From Armatimonadota bacterium (lineage in GTDB: Bacteria > Armatimonadota > Zipacnadia > Zipacnadales > UBA5352), in contig JAYENL010000072.1 of the NCBI GenBank assembly GCA_034722055.1, positions 1 to 12,627 on the forward strand: a stretch of 12,627 nt of DNA, given 5' to 3'. How positions within the stretch are numbered: the stretch's first letter is position 1; every line of letters begins with the position of its first letter. Both the position numbers and the translations under genes were made by a program. The notes beneath the pieces were generated by a model. That model was not told the origin of the DNA. It saw only the letters and a program-made list of their open reading frames with translations, and did no database searches. Of this stretch, positions 1 through 8,255 are shown in pieces.

Positions 1-732
1 CTTCAGCTCACAGTGACCTCCGAGCCCGCGCAGCGGCAGGTGACCTTTACCCTGGACCAGAGCGTGCACCTGGGTGGGCTGCGTGTGCCCTGGACCAGCA
101 CCGGCGAGAACCCCGCCTACAACCTGGAGGGCGAGCTGCAGTTGGGCGTCTCGGAGCCGGTGCCGAAGGTGAGGGTGAGCCCCGTTGGCGAGGCGCCCGA
201 GATCGACGGGCGGCTCAACGACGCCGCCTGGCAGCGCGACCCGGACATCCCCGCCCTGAACCTGCTCGCCGGCGGCAAGCCCGCCACCGAGAACACCGCG
301 GTCTGGCTGACCTACGACGCCGAGGCGCTCTACGTCGCCTTCCGCTGCGACGAGTCCCAGATGGATAAGCTGGTGGCGACCTTCCAGGATCGGGGAGATC
401 CACTGTATCGCGACGATGACGTGGAGGTGTTCATCCTCCCGCCCGATGCCAACCGCGCCCTGCAGCTCGCCGTCAACCCGCTGGGCACCATCAGCGACAA
501 CTTCGGCAGCGATCAGCCCTGGACGGCGGCGGCCCGGCAGTACCAGGACCACTGGGACGTGGAGATGGCGATCCCGTTCAGTGTCATCGGCATTGCGGGC
601 GCGCCTGAGAGCGGGACCTCCTGGGGCATGCAGTTCGGCCGCCAGCAGAAGGCCAAGCACGAGACCACCGCCTGGACGCCGGGAAGGGCCTTCAACGTCC
701 CGGAGGGCTTCGGCCTGGTGATCTTCGAGTGA
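1..732 (+). CDS. C-terminal part of a larger protein (5' truncated by window) ending in a CBM9-like/DOMON-like sugar-binding domain
   Basis: Frame is open from base 1 to TGA 730-732, with strong GC3 bias. Motifs APEIDGRLNDAAWQ, TAVWLTYDAEALYVAFRC, LYRDDDVEVFI, AVNPLG, WDVEMAIPFSVIG and WGMQFGR are typical of CBM9_1-like domains. Confidence 0.85.
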   Translation, partial: LQLTVTSEPAQRQVTFTLDQSVHLGGLRVPWTSTGENPAYNLEGELQLGVSEPVPKVRVSPVGEAPEIDGRLNDAAWQRDPDIPALNLLAGGKPATENTAVWLTYDAEALYVAFRCDESQMDKLVATFQDRGDPLYRDDDVEVFILPPDANRALQLAVNPLGTISDNFGSDQPWTAAARQYQDHWDVEMAIPFSVIGIAGAPESGTSWGMQFGRQQKAKHETTAWTPGRAFNVPEGFGLVIFE

Positions 733-824
733 GAGGTCGCCGAGCCGCAGCGACGCGCCCTTAGCGCGCCGGCCGCTGTCCGTGGCGCGGGCCCACATCC
801 CTGGAGGAGTTCGTTGAGAGGGAG

Positions 825-1838
825 ATGACGAACATGCGATGGGGAATCCCGAGGGTCTCGCTCCTCGCGCTGGTCATGGCGGTGGGCGGGCCGCTTGAGA
901 GTGGCGCGGCCGACGCGGCCCTCCCCCAGGGCGGCACGGGCATCGCCGCGCAGTATCCCGGCGACGAGGGCATGGCAGAGGACGCCAGGGTCATCTTCGT
1001 CGAGACCTTCGACGAGCCGTCGCTGGACGCCGTCATCGAGCGGTGGGATAACTGCAAGAGCCCCGAGATCATGTCGCTGTCGGAGGATGTGCCCGCGGGC
1101 AGCGCCGATCGGACCTCACTGCTGATGACGCACGAGGGCGGGAAGGGCACTGGCGGGCATCTCTACAGGCGCCTGCTGCCCGGCCACAGGCGCGTCTTTG
1201 CGCGCTTCTACGTCAAGTTCGACCCCGACTGCTGGCCGATACACCACTTCGGCACACACCTCGGCGGCTACAACCCCCCGACGCCGTGGCCGCAGGGCGG
1301 TGCGGGGGAGCTGCCGGATGGCACGAAGCGCTTCACCACCGGCGTGGAGCCCTACGGCGACGACTGGCGCTGGGACTTCTACACCTACTGGCAGGGGATG
1401 CACGTGCACGGCGACGGGCGCTACTGGGGCACGCCGTTCCTGTCCGGCGTCGAGCGGCCCCGGGTCGAGCTCGGCCGGTGGATCTGCGTGGAGATGATGG
1501 TGGAGGCGAACGAGCCGGTCGAGGCCGCCAACGGTGCTCAGGCCTTCTGGATCGATGGGAGATTGCACCGCGTGGACGGGCAGATCGTCAGCCACATCGG
1601 CCCCGGATTCCCGCGCGGCCGGTGGACGGGCGGATGGTGGCACCCGGACGCCGACAGCGAGACCGCCTTTGAGGGCTTTCAGTGGCGGTCCACGGATGAG
1701 CTGGCGGTGAATTACGTGTGGGCCTACCTCTACATCACCAGGGCCCCCGCCGGCCACGTCAGCAGAGTCTGGTTCGACAGCATCGTCGTCGCCACGGAGT
1801 ACATCGGTCCCATGCGGCCCGCTGACACGGGGCAGTGA
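825..1838 (+). CDS. Secreted protein, probable beta-jelly-roll (ConA-like / polysaccharide-lyase-like) fold
   Basis: 337-aa ORF with an N-terminal signal-peptide-like segment (RWGIPRVSLLALVMAVGG...). Motifs GIAAQYPGD..IFVETFD, FARFYVKFD, GRWICVEMMV, GAQAFWIDG and VWFDSIVVATEYIGP. Purine-rich GAGAGGGAG at 816-824 abuts ATG 825, so the true start may be ATG 834. Confidence 0.7.
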   Translation: MTNMRWGIPRVSLLALVMAVGGPLESGAADAALPQGGTGIAAQYPGDEGMAEDARVIFVETFDEPSLDAVIERWDNCKSPEIMSLSEDVPAGSADRTSLLMTHEGGKGTGGHLYRRLLPGHRRVFARFYVKFDPDCWPIHHFGTHLGGYNPPTPWPQGGAGELPDGTKRFTTGVEPYGDDWRWDFYTYWQGMHVHGDGRYWGTPFLSGVERPRVELGRWICVEMMVEANEPVEAANGAQAFWIDGRLHRVDGQIVSHIGPGFPRGRWTGGWWHPDADSETAFEGFQWRSTDELAVNYVWAYLYITRAPAGHVSRVWFDSIVVATEYIGPMRPADTGQ

Positions 1839-1896
1839 CCGACGGTCAGCGGCCTGCTCCACAGCCGATCCGCATCAGCGCAGGAGGCATCACATC

Positions 1897-4800
1897 GTGC
1901 GTAAGCATCTCGGCCTCATTCTCGCGCTTGCTCTGATTTGCGCACCAGCCGCGCACGCCCAGCAGTTCGACGTCCCCATGGCCCCGGACCACTGGACCCC
2001 GACACCGGGCTGGACGCCGCTGACTGCGGCCGAGGAGCACTCGCACACCTTCGAGGATGGTGTGGCCACCTTCCGGGCCTCGGGCGGTGGCGCCACCATG
2101 ATCTGGCTGCAGCGCCTCGACGAGCTCGGCGACCTCTCCGGGGTCCGCTACCTCTCTCTGCGCTACCGCGCCGAGGACATCGATCCCAACCTCTTCTCCT
2201 ACTTCATCTGGGGCGACAGCGGAGACGAGAGCACCACCCGCCGTGAGAACTTCCTCATCAACGTGGATGAGCTGATCGTCGATGGCCGGTGGCACGTCAA
2301 GACCGCCGGCGTGCAGCTTCAGGACCTGGCCCGGCTGGCCCTGCGCTTCGCCGGCGTCCAGGGCGCGACCGGCGTGCTCCAGATCGACTGGATGCGCCTG
2401 AGCTCTGAGCCCCCGCGCTTCCCCATCCAGGCGACCCTCCCGTGGCAGGCGGCCGACGCCCCGGCGCAGCCCATCGCCCTTGACGGCGTCCGCCACCTGG
2501 GCCTCGCGAGTGTACAGAAGGCCCTTGGGCTGGAGGACTGGTTCGACGTGGAGGCGGTGGAGATCGCGGGTGCCCGCTTTGCGGTGCCCACCGATGGTGA
2601 AATCGCGCTGGCCACCAACCGCAAGGAGGATGAGGCCATCGACATCCCCGTCGGCGCCTCCACCACCGAGGTCCATCTGCTCATGGGCGGCGACTTCGTG
2701 CCCAAGCTGCTCACCTACAAGGGCTACGAGAACGGCGACCGCATCTTCCGCCCCACGCAGTTCCTCATCACGCTCCACTACACCGACGGCACCAGCTTCG
2801 AGCAGATCCCGTGGTGCCTCGACCGCGAGGGCTTCGGCATCTGGCGGGGCCTGCACGCCTACGCCCTGCTCGCTGACCCGGACAGGACCATCGAGCGCAT
2901 CACCGTTTACGATGGCGACGAGCATAACAGCTACCTGCTGATCGCCGCCACTGCCTCGGATACGCGCCTGATGCCCCAGCTTCCCGGCGCGGCGCACGTT
3001 GTGCCGCCGGGCGAGGTGCCGGGCCGCGTCGCGCCGGCGGTGGAGCGCGATGCCGACACGCTCACCGCTCGCACGACGGGCGGGACGCTGACGCTCGACG
3101 TTAGCGACGGACTTGCGGTGGAGTCGATCGCGAACCGCTACTACGATGGGCGTGAGATCCAGACCGCCGCCAGGCCATTCTTCCGGCTCACGGAGGAGTT
3201 CACGTCGTGGGAGGCCGACCAGTTCAACCTGCACGACTTCCAGGTCGCGGACAACGAGGCCACGATGACCTTCCGCAGCGACGAGGCACGCGCCGAAGTG
3301 AGCGTGACGGTGGCGCCGCAATCGGGCGATGAGTTCGAGCTGACCTTCGCCCTGCGCAACCTCGCCGACCAGCCCCGCCGCCTGAACATCGAGACAGCGC
3401 GGGTGGCCGTCACCGGCGAGGACCTGTGGTACTTCTACCCGCGCCTGGGAGTCATCCACACCAACCTCGACCGCAACCTGCGCGAGTCTCAGAACGGCTA
3501 CTTCCCGACACAGTTCATGGATGTCTACGACCGCTCCTCAGGCGGCGGCGTCTACCTCATGACCCGCGACACGACAGGCATCTACCGCCACTACGTGCTC
3601 TCCAAGAGGGGCGACCAGGTCCGCCAGAGCATCGAGTTCCGCGAGCAGAACTTCGACGCCGGCGAGGCGCGCCAGTTCCCGTCGGTCTACCTCGGCGTGC
3701 ACGCCGGCGGCTGGCGCCCGGCATGGGATCGCTACCGCGACTGGCTCGCCACGTGGATGGAGCCGATGCAGCCGCGCCAGGAGTGGTTCCGACGCGTCTG
3801 GAACTTCCGCACCTCCTGGCTGAAGTACTTCAAGGGCGACAAGTGGTACGATGCGGAGACCGAGACCTACCTGACCGAAGAGCGCCTTGCACGCGATACC
3901 GAGCTCTTCGGCCCGGTGGACATGAACCACTTCTTCGACTGGCGCATCAGCCAGGAATACGGGCGTTGGGGCGACTACGGACACTACGAGGAGTTCGGTG
4001 GTCTGGACAAGTTCCGCGGCATGGTTGAGGACCACCATGACGAGGGCGTGAAGGTCGGTCTCTACATGGACGTCTACCTGTGCTCGAAGAAGTCCGAGAT
4101 CGGCCGGGCGCATGGCGAAAAGTGGGCCGTCCAGCGCCAGAACGGGACCTACCCCGGGGGCTACTCCACCCCGGAGGACCCGCTCTGGAACATGTGCCAG
4201 TGGCACCCGGGCTGGCAGGACTATCTGTCAACCCGCGCCGCGGAGGTCGCGCGCGAGACCGGCTGCGACGGCATCTACCTCGACGAGGGCGGGACCGACC
4301 TGGGCAACTACTGGTGCTGGCGCGACGACCATCCGCACGAGGTGCCCGCATGCCGCCCCACGGGCTTTCTGCAGTTGTGCCGCAAGACGAAGAGCAGGCT
4401 TCCCGATGACGTCGTGCTCTACACCGAGCACGCGCCCGCGGACATCGTCATCCCGTATCTCGACGGCGGCTACATCACCGCGCTGGGCCGCTCGGATGCG
4501 GACATCACGCCCGGCTACGTGCACATCCACCGCTTCGCCTTCCCGGACTTCAAGCTGCTGCCCATCACCAGCGCCGGCAGCCTCTCGCACGGCATCTGGG
4601 ATGGCCTTCGCTACGCGGTCTTCAACGGCGCCGCGATGTACAGCCTCTCGTGGGGCCACGAGGAGGAGGCATTCGCGCTGATCCGCAAGGCGGCCGCCAT
4701 GCTGCGCGAGCACGAGGACGCCTTCCTGACGACGCGGCCGGAGATGTTCGTGCAGACGCTGGCCGCGGACGTCTACTGCAACCGCTTCCCGGGCCAGCGC

Positions 4801-5001
4801 GAGACGGTGTGGACGCTCTGGAACGGGCGCTTCCAGCAGTTCGACGGCGAGGTCCTGCGCGTCCCGCACGTGGCTGGCGCGACCTACCGCGACCTGTGGG
4901 CCGACCGCGACCTGAGCCCCCGGATCGAGGACGCTCACGCAGTCATCACGCAGTCCCTCGGCGCCCGGAACATCGGCGTCGTCGCACAGATACGCGAGTG
5001 A
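1897..5001 (+). CDS. Large secreted multidomain putative glycoside hydrolase (N-terminal CBM-like beta-sandwiches plus DUF6259-like supersandwich/TIM-barrel)
   Basis: 1034 aa, GTG start with AGGAGG at 1882-1887, Sec-type signal peptide (MRKHLGLILALALICAPAAHA-Q). TIM-barrel-like motifs GGLDKFRGMVEDHHDEGVKVGLYMD, MCQWHPGWQDYL, GCDGIYLDEGG and VLYTEH; HAGGWRPAWDRYRDW linker typical of DUF6259-like proteins. Confidence 0.8.
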   Translation: MRKHLGLILALALICAPAAHAQQFDVPMAPDHWTPTPGWTPLTAAEEHSHTFEDGVATFRASGGGATMIWLQRLDELGDLSGVRYLSLRYRAEDIDPNLFSYFIWGDSGDESTTRRENFLINVDELIVDGRWHVKTAGVQLQDLARLALRFAGVQGATGVLQIDWMRLSSEPPRFPIQATLPWQAADAPAQPIALDGVRHLGLASVQKALGLEDWFDVEAVEIAGARFAVPTDGEIALATNRKEDEAIDIPVGASTTEVHLLMGGDFVPKLLTYKGYENGDRIFRPTQFLITLHYTDGTSFEQIPWCLDREGFGIWRGLHAYALLADPDRTIERITVYDGDEHNSYLLIAATASDTRLMPQLPGAAHVVPPGEVPGRVAPAVERDADTLTARTTGGTLTLDVSDGLAVESIANRYYDGREIQTAARPFFRLTEEFTSWEADQFNLHDFQVADNEATMTFRSDEARAEVSVTVAPQSGDEFELTFALRNLADQPRRLNIETARVAVTGEDLWYFYPRLGVIHTNLDRNLRESQNGYFPTQFMDVYDRSSGGGVYLMTRDTTGIYRHYVLSKRGDQVRQSIEFREQNFDAGEARQFPSVYLGVHAGGWRPAWDRYRDWLATWMEPMQPRQEWFRRVWNFRTSWLKYFKGDKWYDAETETYLTEERLARDTELFGPVDMNHFFDWRISQEYGRWGDYGHYEEFGGLDKFRGMVEDHHDEGVKVGLYMDVYLCSKKSEIGRAHGEKWAVQRQNGTYPGGYSTPEDPLWNMCQWHPGWQDYLSTRAAEVARETGCDGIYLDEGGTDLGNYWCWRDDHPHEVPACRPTGFLQLCRKTKSRLPDDVVLYTEHAPADIVIPYLDGGYITALGRSDADITPGYVHIHRFAFPDFKLLPITSAGSLSHGIWDGLRYAVFNGAAMYSLSWGHEEEAFALIRKAAAMLREHEDAFLTTRPEMFVQTLAADVYCNRFPGQRETVWTLWNGRFQQFDGEVLRVPHVAGATYRDLWADRDLSPRIEDAHAVITQSLGARNIGVVAQIRE

Positions 5002-5056
5002 CCGCGGCGGTCGGCTTCCGTCGTTGCTTCTCGTAGGCACAGGCCGCGCACCGCCC

Positions 5057-5266
5057 GCCGTCGCCGCCGTTCCTGCCGTGCGGAGGGCCGTTGCCTTGCC
5101 GTCGTTCTTGCCGTCCGGACATTCGGCATGCTTCCGCGCTCCGCCGTTCCTTGCGGTCCGCCGTGCGGAGGGACGCATCTTCAGACGCGTCCGCCGTTGC
5201 CTTGCCGTCGTTCTTGCCGTACGGAGAGGCGGCGTGCCCACGCCTCCCGCCGTCACCGTCCGCCGT
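5057..5266. repeat. Intergenic REP/BIME-like repeat cluster between convergent genes
   Basis: 13 same-orientation copies of GCCGT. Exact 28-bp direct repeat GCCGTTGCCTTGCCGTCGTTCTTGCCGT at 5087-5114 and 5193-5220; GCCGTGCGGAGGG at 5075-5087 and 5160-5172; CCGCCGTTCCT at 5064-5074 and 5141-5151; hairpin GGACGCATCT-TC-AGACGCGTCC at 5171-5192. Confidence 0.75.
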
Positions 5267-5269
5267 CGG

Positions 5270-6751
5270 TCACGTCTCGATGGAGTACAGCACCCCATCC
5301 TCCATCTCGACCCGCAGGCCCACCACGTCGTAGCGGTATTCCGCGCTGGTCTTCCCGCCCTCCCAGGTCAGCACGTGCTCCTGCGCGTCGCCCGCGATGG
5401 GCGCGCATGAGTTCAGCTCGAAGCCTGGAAGCGGCCGGCCGTAGGGATCCCGCAGCTCGGCCTGCAGCCGCCCGCGCACGTCGGCGTGCACGGTGATGCG
5501 CTCGCCGGTGTGGTTGAAGCGGCTCAGCGTCAGCGCTCCGATGGCCCGGTTGGTGGTTGAGAGCCCCGCGAATCGCCCCTTCGGCGCCTCCGCCACGAAC
5601 GTCTCCTGCCGCGCCTCATCCACCCCCTCCGGCAGCTCGTGATTGTGCTTCGCATTCCCGCCGCGGTAGAGCAGCCGCCAGCGGTCGCCCATGTCGAGAA
5701 GCCGGTTCGCGGCGTAGATCGACATGTAGTCGATCTCGTCGATCTCCCCGCGCGGGACCCACCCGCCTCGCAGCGGCCGCACCCACGCGTGTGTATCGCG
5801 CGAGAAGCACAGCTCCAGGTCCATGGTCTGCTCCCAGCACCGGTAGTGGCCCAGCATGCCGATGTTCCAGCCGCCATCGGGCTGCACAGCCAGGTAATAG
5901 AGCTCCTGGTGCAGCGGATCGTGCTCGTCGGCGAGAATCAGCATCTCCGGGTCGGACCAGGTGACCGCGTCGGTGCTCTCCCGGCGGTGGATGGTGCGCA
6001 GGACCCGCGGCGCGTTGTCGTGCGGTGTCACGCGGTGGGTCGCCTCATCGACGGGCAGCAGCCACACCGAGTACATCTCGAAGCGCCCCGCGTCCTCGTT
6101 GTAGTAGACGTAGGTGGCGTCATTGGAGCGCAGGCGCTTGGCCTCCATCCACTCCATGGTGCGCTGGTGCGCGAACCGGTCCTCGGCGCTGGCTCCGGTG
6201 AGGCCCGCGACCCACGCGTTCTGACCAAGCTCGCAGTCCGCGGGATGCATCACCGCCGGCCGGTTGACATCGGTGACCCGCCAGCGCACGCCGTCCTCGC
6301 TCTCGGCCAGCACGTAGCGCATGTACCCGGCGTCATGCGCGTGCCACCATGACCACATCAGCCACGAGCCGTCCGGCGTCAGCACCACCTGCGGCTGGGT
6401 GCAGCTCCCCTCCGGCGGCATCCCCTCAATCGCGATGCGGTTCGTGTCCGCGCCGCCCACCTCAAGCTGCCCCAGCAGCGGCTTGGTCCACTCGATCCCG
6501 TCCTCGGACTCGGCGAGCGCGATCCCGAAGGTCCCCTCGCCGCCGGGGCAGCGGCCGGAGTAGTAGAGCCTGTAGCCCCCGCCAGGCAGCTCCACGACGC
6601 TGCCGGCGAAGACCGAGGCCCTCTCCAGGTCCCACTCCGGCCGCGGCCACTGAACCAGCCCCAGCTTGCGAACCGGCCCGTAGGCCAGATGCAGCCCGTG
6701 TCGGGTCTCGAGGTCCTGGTCGTCGTAGAAGAACACGCGTCGTGACATCAT
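5270..6751 (-). CDS. Putative five-bladed beta-propeller glycoside hydrolase-like protein (GH32/GH43/GH130 superfamily-like) with C-terminal beta-sandwich; no signal peptide
   Basis: 493 aa, GGAGG RBS just upstream on the minus strand. Asp-box-like blade repeats AESEDGIEWTKP, AESEDGVRW, ESTDAVTWSDP and FSRDTHAWVRP; GYRLYYSG; C-terminal LQAELRDPYGRPLPGFELNSCAPIAGD...LTW...LYSI. Confidence 0.8.
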   Translation of the reverse strand: MMSRRVFFYDDQDLETRHGLHLAYGPVRKLGLVQWPRPEWDLERASVFAGSVVELPGGGYRLYYSGRCPGGEGTFGIALAESEDGIEWTKPLLGQLEVGGADTNRIAIEGMPPEGSCTQPQVVLTPDGSWLMWSWWHAHDAGYMRYVLAESEDGVRWRVTDVNRPAVMHPADCELGQNAWVAGLTGASAEDRFAHQRTMEWMEAKRLRSNDATYVYYNEDAGRFEMYSVWLLPVDEATHRVTPHDNAPRVLRTIHRRESTDAVTWSDPEMLILADEHDPLHQELYYLAVQPDGGWNIGMLGHYRCWEQTMDLELCFSRDTHAWVRPLRGGWVPRGEIDEIDYMSIYAANRLLDMGDRWRLLYRGGNAKHNHELPEGVDEARQETFVAEAPKGRFAGLSTTNRAIGALTLSRFNHTGERITVHADVRGRLQAELRDPYGRPLPGFELNSCAPIAGDAQEHVLTWEGGKTSAEYRYDVVGLRVEMEDGVLYSIET

Positions 6752-6785
6752 CAGCGCCTCCCGGTGGGTGTGGCCTCAGATTGTC

Positions 6786-6848
6786 GGTTGCGGGCGTGGG
6801 CGGCCGCAACCCAGGTAAGTCCTGGGGCGCGGGCGCCCTCGCCCGCGC
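6786..6848. repeat. Three adjacent inverted repeats in the divergent intergenic region, the last one REP-like
   Basis: GGTTGCGG 6786-6793 / CCGCAACC 6804-6811; CCCAGG 6810-6815 / CCTGGG 6821-6826; GCGCGGGCG 6827-6835 / CGCCCGCGC 6840-6848 with loop CCCT. Confidence 0.6.
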
Positions 6849-7003
6849 GTTCCACGGACACTTGGGATTCCTACCGCTCCCGGTTGCATCGTCGGCGTTT
6901 CCGGACATTTCTACGCATGATGGAAGATTCTTTCGCCAGCCGGAGAAATGCCTCGGTGGCGCACCGTTTTCGTGTAGCCTCGTCGGCCGGGAGGCGACGG
7001 AAG

Positions 7004-8221
7004 ATGGGCCTTCTCGACAGGCTGTTCGGTCGCATGACGCCGGAGCGCTTCGCGGAGAAGATGATCGAGGTGCTTCGACAGGTGGGCATCGAGGGGCCGA
7101 TCGAGTTCGACGCCGAGGAGTTCATGCTGACCTTCGACGACCATCGCATGTACCTGGGGAACGTCTGGGACGAGTATCAGGCTGCACCGAAGAACATGAA
7201 GCAGCAGGTCCTGGAGCACTTCGCGTGGGGCCTCGTGGCCGAGAGCGAGATGCCCGAGACCTTCGATGAGGCGCGGGACATGCTCATGCCGGTGGTGAAG
7301 GGACGCGCCGCCCATGAGACGATGCGCCTGCGGGGTATGATCGAGGGCGAGCTGGGGATGGCCTTCCCGGCAGAGGTATTCGCGGAGCACTTCATCGCCA
7401 CGGTGGCCGTGGATCTGCCCAACCGCATCATGTACATGTCGCGGGAGCAGCTCGATGAGTGGGGCGTGACGCTCGACGAAGCCATGGAGGTGGCACTCGA
7501 GAACCTGGGTGGGCGCGGCATCGAGCTTGCCGGCGCCCAGGGCTCAACCTACATGTCAACCTCCCAGGACAGCTACGACGCCACGCGTGTGCTGCTGACC
7601 GACAGGTTCCGGCGGCTGCAGGTGCGGGGGCGGCACGTGGTCGCCCTGCCCAACCGCGACACGCTGGTGATCACCGGCTCCAATGACCCGCAGGGGCTGG
7701 AGATGATGGCGGGAATCATCGAGGAGGCGGCGCAGCAGCCGCGCTTTGAAAGCGGCATCGCGCTGGTGCTCGAGGACGAGGGCTGGACGCCCTTCATGCC
7801 CCCGGAGGGCAGTCCTGCCTACGCCGCCCTCCGCAAGCAGTTCCTGGGCTCGCTGTGGCGCGATTGTGACGAGCAGAAGGAGCTGCTCGATAGGCTCCAC
7901 GAGCAGGAGGGCACGGACATCTTCGTCGCCGAATACAGCGTGTACGAGCACCAGCAGACCGGGAGCCTCTCCACCATGGCGGTCTGGACGGAGGGTGCGG
8001 ACACGCTGCTGCCGCAGGTGGAGAGGGTGGGCTTCGTGACCGGGGCGCCCGAGGATCCGCAGGTATTGGGGATGGCGGAGTGGGACCGCGTTGCCGAGAT
8101 CGCCGGCGAGCTGATGGAGCCGACCGACTACTACCCGCCGCGCTGGCGCCTGCGCCAGTTCCCGTCCCAGGAGCAGCTCGATGCCATGGACCTGGATTCG
8201 AATCTCCCAGGGAATCGGTAG
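7004..8221 (+). CDS. DUF1444 (YtpQ)-like family protein, 405 aa, with N-terminal MGLLDRLFG amphipathic motif
   Basis: Start reassigned from the ORF track's 6764 to ATG 7004 (GGGAGG at 6989-6994; the paralogue at 8256 starts with the same motif). Motifs VAVDLPNRIMYM, QLDEWGVTLDEAMEVALENL, DSYDATRVLL and VVALPNRDTLVITG resemble DUF1444. Confidence 0.75.
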   Translation: MGLLDRLFGRMTPERFAEKMIEVLRQVGIEGPIEFDAEEFMLTFDDHRMYLGNVWDEYQAAPKNMKQQVLEHFAWGLVAESEMPETFDEARDMLMPVVKGRAAHETMRLRGMIEGELGMAFPAEVFAEHFIATVAVDLPNRIMYMSREQLDEWGVTLDEAMEVALENLGGRGIELAGAQGSTYMSTSQDSYDATRVLLTDRFRRLQVRGRHVVALPNRDTLVITGSNDPQGLEMMAGIIEEAAQQPRFESGIALVLEDEGWTPFMPPEGSPAYAALRKQFLGSLWRDCDEQKELLDRLHEQEGTDIFVAEYSVYEHQQTGSLSTMAVWTEGADTLLPQVERVGFVTGAPEDPQVLGMAEWDRVAEIAGELMEPTDYYPPRWRLRQFPSQEQLDAMDLDSNLPGNR

Positions 8222-8255
8222 GACGTGCTGATCCCGGCTACAGGGGGCCAATGCC

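Noticed and set aside
1836..1848. TGACCG-A-CGGTCA palindrome at the stop codon as a terminator
   Set aside because: Short stem with no adequate loop and no U-tract; the next gene is co-oriented 58 nt downstream.
5087..5220. Two 28-bp direct repeats as a mini CRISPR array
   Set aside because: Only two copies; the 78-bp intervening sequence is itself repetitive; the repeat is low-complexity and non-palindromic; no cas genes are present.
1116..5298. Long antisense ORFs (1116-1862, 1846-3459, 3538-4206, 4228-5298)
   Set aside because: Shadow ORFs opposite well-supported genes, expected from high GC3; no recognisable motifs.
6764..7003. 80-aa N-terminal extension of the DUF1444-like ORF
   Set aside because: Low-complexity Arg/Ala/Ser-rich translation across a hairpin-containing divergent intergenic region. 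The RBS and the paralogue both point to ATG 7004.
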